DNA of 25,268 nucleotides from the IMG/VR virus record IMGVR_UViG_3300014613_000101, positions 1 to 25,268 of that record; one strand, given 5' to 3'. Position 1 is the first letter of the stretch; every line of letters starts with the position of its first letter. Source of the stretch: a virus. Lineage: Duplodnaviria > Caudoviricetes. Positions 17,414 to 24,688 of the stretch are shown piece after piece. The position numbers and the translations under genes are program-made. The notes beneath the pieces were generated by a model that searched no databases, was not told the DNA's origin, and saw nothing but the letters and a program-made list of their open reading frames with translations.

Positions 17414-18826
17414 TTATGCCTTTCTCATGACCCCAACGATCATATCATGTTTCTCTCCAAACTCATCATAACCAAGATCATCGCAAACATCATAGAAAGA
17501 AAGAAACTCAAATCCTTTTTCCTTCCACAAATCAATAAATTGATCAACGGAAATATGTTTCTCCTCAATGCCGTCTGCTTTGATCGTATTTGTATAAAGA
17601 TGGACAAACAACAAGCCCTTCTCTTTTAATACTCGCTGAACCTCAGAGAAAGACTTTCCAAAATCTGTTGAATGCAATACAGAAAGAGAAAATACAGAAT
17701 CAAATGATTTGTCCTCAAAAGGCAGACTTTCTACATCAGCCTCTAAAAAAGTCACATTGACACCAAGTTTCTTTGCGTTCTTCTTTGCAAGATTGATCGC
17801 CCCTGGCGCAATATCAATGCCGGTTGTAGTAAAGCCCGATTTTGCAAAAAAGATCGAATCCCTTCCATTCCCACACCCCACCTCAAGCACCCTGCTACCA
17901 ACTCCATCTTTTTTCATCCGATCAGAGAATTTTTGAGCAAATACAGAAGGAGATAAACCTTCAGCCCAATGGGGAACTTCACTTGCATACGCAGTAATCC
18001 AATCTTCTTTTGTCATCCCTTTCAAATCAATTATATGAAAGACATGCTCATCCGAGATTCTTTCTTCTTCAAAAAACACACCTTCCTTTGTGGTAACCAG
18101 GTGCTTTATCTCAAAAAAACTCCCAGAAATGTCTTGTATTGTACTATGTTTCACGTCATCATCTAACTTATAATGAAAGGGAGGAAGATTGACAATTGCT
18201 TCTTTCTCCACATCCTTCACCTTTCGAGAGAGATTTTTTAAAGCAATTTCCAACTCCGCCATCATCGGGAATGCTCTTTCTTCAAGATCACGCATTACAA
18301 CCCCTTGATCAAAACTATTCTGTAAACACATGGGGTTTGCGGGGACGGTGACATGTGAGCACTCAAGAAGCTCGACATCTGTATAAACATATCGAACGCC
18401 TGCTTTTTGATAACCCACTTTTTCTTCGTCCTCCTCATAATCTGCATCAGGATCAACACGGTATCCTGCATGGCGAATAAAACCAACACTATAAGCAGCA
18501 ACGCCTTTACTCGCAAGCACCCATGCCCAATCAGCTTCAGGATTGCCCTCTCCAGCATAATACTTGAATGTAGATGCCAATTTTTCATCCTTGACCCCTA
18601 TTTTGAGGGACTCACCAATCTGATTCATCAGTCCATGATAATTATGAGAAGAAAGGAGGATAGGATGAGCTTTGAAAGATGCCATGCGTTTCTTCCACGC
18701 ACTCGCCTTGATAATCTCTTTATACCGATCAATAGTTTCGTCAGACATCGTGACATCTACGGTATAATCCTTCTCGTTGACACTTTTTATCTCCGACCGT
18801 ACGACCCTTCGGATCATTTCATCCAT
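17414..18826 (-). CDS. HK97-type prohead (capsid maturation) protease fused to a C-terminal class I SAM-dependent methyltransferase
   Basis: N-term: IDRY.EII, ILLSSHN (His), YSVGF (Ser), LLECSHVTVPANP. C-term: VLEVGCGNGRD, TGIDIAPGAI, ADVESLPFEDKSFDSVFS..VLH, EVQRVLKEKG. One uninterrupted frame; start reassigned to ATG 18826 (GGAGG, 8 nt). Confidence 0.92.
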   Translation of the reverse strand: MDEMIRRVVRSEIKSVNEKDYTVDVTMSDETIDRYKEIIKASAWKKRMASFKAHPILLSSHNYHGLMNQIGESLKIGVKDEKLASTFKYYAGEGNPEADWAWVLASKGVAAYSVGFIRHAGYRVDPDADYEEDEEKVGYQKAGVRYVYTDVELLECSHVTVPANPMCLQNSFDQGVVMRDLEERAFPMMAELEIALKNLSRKVKDVEKEAIVNLPPFHYKLDDDVKHSTIQDISGSFFEIKHLVTTKEGVFFEEERISDEHVFHIIDLKGMTKEDWITAYASEVPHWAEGLSPSVFAQKFSDRMKKDGVGSRVLEVGCGNGRDSIFFAKSGFTTTGIDIAPGAINLAKKNAKKLGVNVTFLEADVESLPFEDKSFDSVFSLSVLHSTDFGKSFSEVQRVLKEKGLLFVHLYTNTIKADGIEEKHISVDQFIDLWKEKGFEFLSFYDVCDDLGYDEFGEKHDMIVGVMRKA

Positions 18827-18911
18827 TTCCCATTCCTCCCTCACCAAATTAGCATCCAGAAAGCCCTTTGCTTCCTATTAGACACCTATTTTAAAAATAA
18901 TCAACCTGTTT

Positions 18912-20753
18912 TTACATTCCTGCATCATCAACACTCTTGGTATAGTCGATAGATGATCCAAAAGAGTTTTGAACGAATAACGCCTTCCCAAAATCCACAG
19001 CTTGTACTGCTTCCTTCCTTGCCAGAATCAATGATTTTTGTGTGATTGCATTAAAGACTATTCGCACTTTCTCAGCCTTTCCTTCTTTATCGCATATCGA
19101 TCCTTCCAAAACATCAAACAAATCTTCGAGCAAGCCCGCAAATCCCTCAGTAAGTATGCCAATTCTCATTGAAACGTAAACTACGACCTCGGGTGCATTG
19201 CTGTCAACTTTTTGTTCCCTTTGTAATTGCTTTGACGCTTCAAGATATGCTTCGTTGATCGTTACGAAATATACCCTTTGAAGATCACTGATCAATTTAT
19301 TAAAATCTTTTCTGACATCGGGGCGAATGAAGTCCCCTTCATAAATCGAGGACAGAACCTTTTTTCTTACCTCAAATATAAATTTTTTGATCTTGTTTCG
19401 AAATTCGAGTTCATAAAAAGACGATGCAGGCTTTTCTGATTCTGTGTCTTCGAGAAGAAATCCCTTATCATCAGGAGGAACAGATATTGGCTTAACTTTC
19501 CCAAGCATATTAACAGGCAAATACCCACCAGGCACATACCACATATCACCCCAAGCCACGTCCTCCATCCCAAGTTCAAGTCTACGGTTGATCGCATTGA
19601 TCGGCCACCCCATCGTAAACATTCTTCCCGCAGTTACAATCTTGTCATCATAATTGACCTGCAACGATCCTACGGTCGCAAGATCAAACTCACCCCAAAT
19701 CTTCCCTTTCCCTCTTCGCTGACCAATATTTGAAAAGAATTTTGCCCAGAGATGATCTTCAATATAATGAGTTTTTGGCAACAAACACTCCTCCCAAAAT
19801 GCTTTATCCGCTGCCTTAATTCCTAAGTAACTTTTGATCTGTTCAAATCCACCAAGCACAACTTCATTCACCTTAAACGCAGCAAGGATTTCTTGCTTCG
19901 TCATTTTTTTCCCTTCAATATATTCCATGTCCTTCTGAGAGATTGTTGCCTGCTCAAACTTGCCTCCGCCCTCAAGCAGAGCGATTTTGTGAGCTTTCTC
20001 ATATCCTTGATGACGGTCTTCGAACTGTTTAAGCGTTCTGTTGAACTGTTCATCTGTCAGTTCCCCTTCAACCGTAATGAACCCACTCACAACAGCGCTA
20101 TTCTTAAAGAATGCGGAGTTGTACTTCGCTGCATAGTAGTCTTGATTTATACTTTCTTGTGCCGCTTTGATAGGAGCGAGTCCACGAATATCATCATAAG
20201 GATTGAAATAGCGGAAAAAGATTATCTCATGATTTGCAAAAGGAATCAGTTCAGGAGTGCCATTATCATAGTTCCATCCCACGACCTGTCCTTGTTTGTT
20301 TTGAACAGGCTTGAAGCGAGCAGGCGAGAACGTCCAAATCTCTTTTGGAATCTGAGTAATATTGTCTCGGCCTTCTAAAATCCAGATCGCCTCACCCTGC
20401 AAGCTCAAAAAGATCATTGTTGCTTCAAAAAGCTGACGCTGAGACATGAGGGGATTCGGATTGAGAAAGAGATCATAAATCGCTCCTTCTTCAATCTTTT
20501 TTGAAAGCCCCGCCCCAATATCTCGTTTGATGTCAAAAGGTACTCTCGCTATATTCGTTGCGATGGCGTTGACAGCCGCATAAATCCAAATATTTTGCTC
20601 ATAGGGTTTGTTCAAAACTGCCCCTTGCGTTCCAAGCAGCTCTCTCAGCGATCTATAAATGACTTTATCGCCTGGCAAAGGGCCAATTGCTCCTTTTCGT
20701 ATAAGCCCCATCTTGCTCAAAACATTATCGATGAAACCAACTTCCTTCGCCAT
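18912..20753 (-). CDS. Portal protein, HK97 family, with ~190-aa C-terminal extension
   Basis: WIYAAVNAIATNIARVPF, LFLNPNPLMS, L.LQGEA, EIIFFRYFNPYDDIRGLAPI, FFKNSA, LEGG, DMEY, EILAAFKV; GGAGG SD. Confidence 0.94.
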   Translation of the reverse strand: MAKEVGFIDNVLSKMGLIRKGAIGPLPGDKVIYRSLRELLGTQGAVLNKPYEQNIWIYAAVNAIATNIARVPFDIKRDIGAGLSKKIEEGAIYDLFLNPNPLMSQRQLFEATMIFLSLQGEAIWILEGRDNITQIPKEIWTFSPARFKPVQNKQGQVVGWNYDNGTPELIPFANHEIIFFRYFNPYDDIRGLAPIKAAQESINQDYYAAKYNSAFFKNSAVVSGFITVEGELTDEQFNRTLKQFEDRHQGYEKAHKIALLEGGGKFEQATISQKDMEYIEGKKMTKQEILAAFKVNEVVLGGFEQIKSYLGIKAADKAFWEECLLPKTHYIEDHLWAKFFSNIGQRRGKGKIWGEFDLATVGSLQVNYDDKIVTAGRMFTMGWPINAINRRLELGMEDVAWGDMWYVPGGYLPVNMLGKVKPISVPPDDKGFLLEDTESEKPASSFYELEFRNKIKKFIFEVRKKVLSSIYEGDFIRPDVRKDFNKLISDLQRVYFVTINEAYLEASKQLQREQKVDSNAPEVVVYVSMRIGILTEGFAGLLEDLFDVLEGSICDKEGKAEKVRIVFNAITQKSLILARKEAVQAVDFGKALFVQNSFGSSIDYTKSVDDAGM

Positions 20754-20899
20754 CAGGAGCCTCCTTGAAGTTTTCTGATTTGTTCCTGTAGTGCTTCAAT
20801 CAAAACAGTAGCGAGGCGGATCCACTCTTCCTTGTCGCTTTTGTCCGCTGCTTCTTTTAACTTCGTTCCCACGAAGGATAAATATTCCGTGAACTCCAT
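20753..20899 (-). CDS. Hypothetical 48-aa helical protein between terL and portal
   Basis: Manual translation MEFTEYLSFVGTKLKEAADKSDKEEWIRLATVLIEALQEQIRKLQGGS; GAGGT SD; TGATG overlap with the portal start. Confidence 0.7.
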   Translation of the reverse strand: MEFTEYLSFVGTKLKEAADKSDKEEWIRLATVLIEALQEQIRKLQGGS

Positions 20900-20910
20900 T
20901 ATCAAAACCT

Positions 20911-22161
20911 CTATCCCAAAATCCTCACCCTGAATCCCGAACCGCCCTTCAACGCTGTATACAAAGCATATCGAACGGCGTCCGGTGCATGATCGAAAGC
21001 GCCAACAGGATCGTCTGTCACATTTCCGTCCCTGTCCTTCTTCCAGCTATAAGCCCGAAATTCTTTTTGTGTGTTGATTCCACCACTGTAGATATGCAAC
21101 TTAAATGACTTGACAAAATCAATGCCGGGATTGAGCGAGCGAATTGCAGGCTTGATATTGAATCCTGCATCTTTGATTTCTTTAATCACTTCAGGACTCG
21201 AAGGGTCTGCGTAGATCGTGCATCTTTTCTCGTTTTCAGGGATTGCGCTCTGCATCTTGAGAATGAGATCAGTCGTCGTTAGCTTCGTGTGGTGAATCCT
21301 CTCGTCGATCCAAGCGTCCTTCCCTTTGATCAGAATCCGTTCGAGAACAGACGGCTCGTTGAACCCAAAGTCGAGCCCATATATCGTTCTGTCTGAAGTC
21401 TCAGGCATGTAGTCAACAGATTCCCATCCCCTATAAACCAGATTTTCAAGCTTTCCCCACTGCCCAAGCGTATAAATATTATAAAAAGAGATGTCTTGCT
21501 GCTCATATCCTTGCAAGACTTTGACGGCATCTTCTTCCAGGAACGGATTGTCGCGATAGGTGCTGTGGATCTCGACTATATCATCTGCATATGAAGGATC
21601 GTCGAGAATCCTCGTCTTAATCCAATGAAACTCGTCAATTGGGTTGAACGAGAGGAACATCTGGTTTCGCATGCCATCGATAGTTTTATTCCTCAGACAG
21701 CGGCGCAATTGCTGAAAATCATCGTATGTGAACTCTGTAGCTTCTTCCATCCAGACATAATTGACGTTGAAGCTTTTCGCTTTCTCCGGATCATCAAGGC
21801 TGCCAAATGAGATCAAGTTGTCCCCATAGTGCCAGTTCAAATGTACTTTTTCTTCGATGATCTGATCTCTGACGCCATACTCAGACGCAAGTTGATCCAT
21901 TTCATAATAACAAGACCGACGAAGAGCGGGCAAAGACTTCCGGCAGATAAAAATCTTCTTTCTTGTCTCGTTGAAAAACTTGTAAAGCATCAACTGTTCG
22001 AGGCTGTGGGATTTGCTCGAACCCGCACCGCCGCGGTCAATCACAATAGGCTTTTGGGTCTCTTGGTTCCTATAAAAAATATCCGTAGCGACGATTTCAA
22101 GTTCTTTGTCATCGTCGTCGCGGATGATTGGTTCAGTAAGCTGTCGGGATGTCCTACTCAT
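20911..22161 (-). CDS. terL: Terminase large subunit, PBSX/SPP1-like family
   Basis: Walker A RGGAGSSKS, Walker B VWMEEATE, SFNP..HWI, STYRDNPFL, nuclease GLDFGFNEP and DHAPDAVRYA; start taken at ATG 22161 overlapping the terS stop. Confidence 0.95.
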   Translation of the reverse strand: MSRTSRQLTEPIIRDDDDKELEIVATDIFYRNQETQKPIVIDRGGAGSSKSHSLEQLMLYKFFNETRKKIFICRKSLPALRRSCYYEMDQLASEYGVRDQIIEEKVHLNWHYGDNLISFGSLDDPEKAKSFNVNYVWMEEATEFTYDDFQQLRRCLRNKTIDGMRNQMFLSFNPIDEFHWIKTRILDDPSYADDIVEIHSTYRDNPFLEEDAVKVLQGYEQQDISFYNIYTLGQWGKLENLVYRGWESVDYMPETSDRTIYGLDFGFNEPSVLERILIKGKDAWIDERIHHTKLTTTDLILKMQSAIPENEKRCTIYADPSSPEVIKEIKDAGFNIKPAIRSLNPGIDFVKSFKLHIYSGGINTQKEFRAYSWKKDRDGNVTDDPVGAFDHAPDAVRYALYTALKGGSGFRVRILG

Positions 22162-22780
22162 TTCCCGCCTTTTTTGCAAACGTCAAAACATTAGTTGGCT
22201 TAGAATCTGAAAGTTTGCTCTTCGGAGCCCTGACGATTTTCATCTTCACGCCACGTTTTTGGAAAGTCGTATCCGCGCGTTCGACATACCCCCGCTCCTT
22301 ACCAATACATTTCAAGAAAAACATCATTGCGAGAGTGTCCCCCATCCGTATCTTAGTCAGCAAACAATCTTCCACTTCGTCAAGTATAGCTTCCTTAAAC
22401 TCAATAAACTCCTGTTCCAGCAATTTAAATCTTTTGAAAATCGATTTCACGTGATAAACAGACACGCGAAGGCAACGGGCGACAGCAGCAATCGAACCCT
22501 GAGAACTCCAAATCGCCGTTTCAACATCACTATAAGTAATGTCCCCAAGGACTTTCCTCTTGCGGGGTCTTATCCCTGCTCCACGAAGCTTCTCAGTAAA
22601 GTATTTTGGATTTTTCAGAAAAGATTCTTCAGAAATGCCAGCAGCAGAAAACTTCTCCCTTGCTTCCTGCCACTTCTCAATAGAAGTCTTTCTCTCTGCT
22701 TTTGGCAATTGAGTCGCTTCCTTACAAGAGAGATTCTCTTTAGGCAACTCAGCCCCTCTTGTCCTCTTAACAATAGCCAT
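22154..22780 (-). CDS. terS: Terminase small subunit (probable; HTH-containing)
   Basis: Overlaps terL; HTH GSIAAVARCLRVS, then LDEVE..L...I..GD..AM.F.LK..GKERGYVER; start ATG 22780 with GGAGGT SD. Confidence 0.8.
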   Translation of the reverse strand: MAIVKRTRGAELPKENLSCKEATQLPKAERKTSIEKWQEAREKFSAAGISEESFLKNPKYFTEKLRGAGIRPRKRKVLGDITYSDVETAIWSSQGSIAAVARCLRVSVYHVKSIFKRFKLLEQEFIEFKEAILDEVEDCLLTKIRMGDTLAMMFFLKCIGKERGYVERADTTFQKRGVKMKIVRAPKSKLSDSKPTNVLTFAKKAGNE

Positions 22781-22803
22781 GGCACAGAACCTCCATCGGT
22801 CCA

Positions 22804-22832
22804 CATATAAACTTGGAGGAACATTGTGTCAA
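22804..22832 (-). promoter_or_regulatory. Candidate sigma70-type promoter for terS / late operon
   Basis: TTGACA-N17-TATATG, 24 nt upstream of the terS ATG. Confidence 0.5.
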
Positions 22833-22854
22833 CCTTTTTCTTAAAGAAGCTTAT

Positions 22855-22902
22855 GGAGGAAAGGTCGGCGGTGGTCGAGGAGGAAAGGTCGGCGGTGGTT
22901 GA
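22855..22902. repeat. Tandem duplication of a 24-bp GC-rich unit
   Basis: ggaggaaaggtcggcggtggtcga followed by ggaggaaaggtcggcggtggttga (1 mismatch). Confidence 0.9.
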
Positions 22903-23026
22903 ATAGTATATGCTAATAGTGTATGCCATTATGATATACACTCTAAATGGCATAAAACCCAAGTAACAACTATTATCCTTATGCTCGTGATCTATTCGGC
23001 GGAAAGTATGGGGGGGTACTAAGCAC

Positions 23027-23054
23027 AAAAAAAAAGGGGCACTAAGCACCCCTT
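23027..23054 (-). terminator. Intrinsic terminator downstream of the 136-aa gene
   Basis: AAGGGGUGC-UUA-GUGCCCCUU followed by U7, 20 nt after the stop. Confidence 0.8.
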
Positions 23055-23074
23055 AATTTGCCACATGGCATGTA

Positions 23075-23485
23075 TTATGCTTTGCAGCTATACTTCCCAT
23101 CAGCTAACACTGTATCAATACCCTTGCGGGGGGTTCTGTTCGCCAAGAACCCATTTAGTCGGGATGACGCTCGTTTCACGTTTTCGGGTTTTCCGCCGTA
23201 ATAAACGGCGACCAGAAACCCTAACAGTTCATGGCGCGTTGTTGGGCGCGATAGCAGTAAAGCAATCATACCGGAGTTACTTGACGGATAATCGTGCTTG
23301 AATTTTTTCAAGTCGATTTTCTCCAGGTCGATTGCAGTAATGACCGGCGCGCGCCGTGTGACAATTGGAGATGGCGCGTCGGCGATAGCTTGCATAACAT
23401 CCGCGATGCTTTTGGCCGTTTTTTTGGGTGTTTTTTTCGGGACAATTTTCTTTACTTCCGTTGTTTCGATTTTCTCCGTTTCCAT
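23075..23485 (-). CDS. Small basic hypothetical protein, paralog A (possibly winged-helix DNA-binding)
   Basis: 136 aa; GGAG SD; own terminator; homologous to 24152..24487 (PSSNSGMIALL, TRHELLGFL, TPRKG). Confidence 0.88.
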   Translation of the reverse strand: METEKIETTEVKKIVPKKTPKKTAKSIADVMQAIADAPSPIVTRRAPVITAIDLEKIDLKKFKHDYPSSNSGMIALLLSRPTTRHELLGFLVAVYYGGKPENVKRASSRLNGFLANRTPRKGIDTVLADGKYSCKA

Positions 23486-23517
23486 TTTCTTTACTCCGTT
23501 TCTGCCCTTGCAGGCTG

Positions 23518-23562
23518 TTATCCCGTTCGGCCTTGTCGGACCTTCCGCTTTATCCCGTTCGG
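23518..23562. repeat. 13-bp direct repeat in the leader of paralog A
   Basis: ttatcccgttcgg at 23518-23530 and 23550-23562. Confidence 0.75.
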
Positions 23563-23576
23563 GTTTTTGTTTTTTC

Positions 23577-23604
23577 TGTATAATGAACTGATATATCGTG
23601 TCAA
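23577..23604 (-). promoter_or_regulatory. Candidate sigma70-type promoter for paralog A
   Basis: TTGACA-N16-TATACA on the - strand. Confidence 0.5.
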
Positions 23605-23677
23605 GATAATTTTTGTCATGTATGCAATCGGTTTGTTGCCAGTTTAGTTATATCACTTTAGCATACAGTTTGCATAT

Positions 23678-23694
23678 AGCATATATCATGCCAA
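23678..23694 (-). promoter_or_regulatory. Candidate sigma54 (-24/-12) site, leftward
   Basis: TTGGCATGATATATGCT, exact GG-N10-GC spacing. Confidence 0.55.
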
Positions 23695-23701
23695 TATACG
23701 A

Positions 23702-23718
23702 TTGGCATGTGAATTGCA
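23702..23718 (+). promoter_or_regulatory. Candidate sigma54 (-24/-12) site, rightward
   Basis: TTGGCATGTGAATTGCA, close to the TGGCACG-N4-TTGCW consensus. Confidence 0.62.
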
Positions 23719-23839
23719 TTATCACTTTCTGATATGTCATTCTGATATATGAATCCTGTTCGATTCACTCAGTTTCACATCCGGTAAATTGAACCTCATC
23801 AGAACGACCAGGCCTTTTTCGAGATCGGGCCTTGCCTGC

Positions 23840-23960
23840 CTCACCGGTTTGGTCGAGGCCGTGTCGTGTCAATTGAAGACCGGTTCGGATCAGGCTCATG
23901 TGTCAGACACGAAGACCGGTTTGGATCAGGCTCAGTCTTACCGGTTTGGTTGGAGAAGGC
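23840..23960 (+). repeat. Cluster of four ACCGGTTYGG repeats, including two 24-bp near-identical copies
   Basis: gaagaccggttYggatcaggctca at 23875-23898 and 23911-23934; accggtttgg also at 23843 and 23940. Confidence 0.85.
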
Positions 23961-24030
23961 AAGGGAATGAACCTGCTACCGGAAAGAACCTAAAGACAAT
24001 TCGCCAGGAAAATCTTAAAATCCACGCCTC

Positions 24031-24058
24031 AGATTTCCTTAGATTTCCTTAGATTCCT
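24031..24058. repeat. Short tandem repeat (agatttcctt) x~2.8
   Basis: agatttcctt agatttcctt agattcct. Confidence 0.75.
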
Positions 24059-24151
24059 CGCTCTTCAGAGCCTTGTGTCTTCTTTTTTTATCCTATTATA
24101 CTTTAGCTGTCAGCAAGAGGCTGACAATTGAGATGAGAGGAGGTGAGTCGG

Positions 24152-24487
24152 ATGAAGAAAAAGGAGACAGTAGCTGAAGTGATGGAGCGCATCGCGAAGA
24201 CGCCAGTCGTGGTCATTGCACGAAGGGAGATTGAAGCGGTCGATCTTGCGAAAGTGGACGTGGCGAAGTTCCGTCACGATCACCCTTCTTCAAACAGTGG
24301 CATGATCGCCCTGTTGAAGAGCAGGAGCTGTACGAGGCATGAACTGCTTGGCTTCTTGATGGCGGTGTACTACAAGAAGGGCGAAACGAAGAAGGCAGCT
24401 TCTCGCCTGAGCGGATTCCTTGGCAACAAGACGCCAAGGAAAGGATGCTACGTGGAAGCGAGAGATGGAGCTTACTCGATCGAGTAG
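24152..24487 (+). CDS. Small basic hypothetical protein, paralog B (111 aa)
   Basis: Start reassigned to ATG 24152 after AGGAGGTGA; homologous to 23075..23485; own terminator. Confidence 0.88.
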   Translation: MKKKETVAEVMERIAKTPVVVIARREIEAVDLAKVDVAKFRHDHPSSNSGMIALLKSRSCTRHELLGFLMAVYYKKGETKKAASRLSGFLGNKTPRKGCYVEARDGAYSIE

Positions 24488-24495
24488 CGAGGGTG

Positions 24496-24520
24496 AAGGG
24501 CGTGGCAACGCGCCCTTTTC
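24496..24520 (+). terminator. Intrinsic terminator after paralog B
   Basis: AAGGGCGUG-GCAA-CGCGCCCUU, GNRA loop, U-rich tail. Confidence 0.75.
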
Positions 24521-24533
24521 CTTGCTTTCTTAT

Positions 24534-24630
24534 CGGTTTGGATCAGGCGAAGGTTTACATAATCCGGGCAATTTGGAAAATGGTGAAGGTCCTTTCTTTT
24601 ATCGACTTTCTCACCGGTTTGGACAAGGGC
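24534..24630 (+). repeat. Two further copies of the CCGGTTTGG repeat
   Basis: cggtttggatcaggc at 24534-24548; ctcaccggtttgg at 24610-24622, identical to 23840-23852. Confidence 0.8.
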
Positions 24631-24688
24631 TGTGTCCAGCGTAAATATCCGGAAAGTATTGTAGAACAATCTACCAGGAAAAAATAGG

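Noticed and set aside
17414-18016. Methyltransferase as a DNA methyltransferase of a restriction-modification system with the nuclease at 24774
   Set aside because: Lacks DPPY/NPPY or PC catalytic motifs, is fused to a late structural protein and lies ~7 kb away on the opposite strand
22615-23049. 144-aa - strand ORF containing STTADLSS twice
   Set aside because: Starts inside a terminator, overlaps terS out of frame and merely translates the 24-bp tandem repeat
23840-23960. Possible mini-CRISPR array
   Set aside because: Only two 24-bp copies with a 12-bp gap; other copies are partial and irregular; no spacer-sized unique segments and no cas genes in the window
23789-24052. 87-aa + strand ORF with KTG.DQA repeats
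   Set aside because: TTG start without an SD; the same DNA motif recurs in non-coding DNA after paralog B, so a DNA-level repeat is the simpler explanation
23075-24487. Paralogs as the inverted repeats of an invertible segment or an assembly duplication
   Set aside because: The DNA is heavily diverged at synonymous sites and has indels; no recombinase in the window
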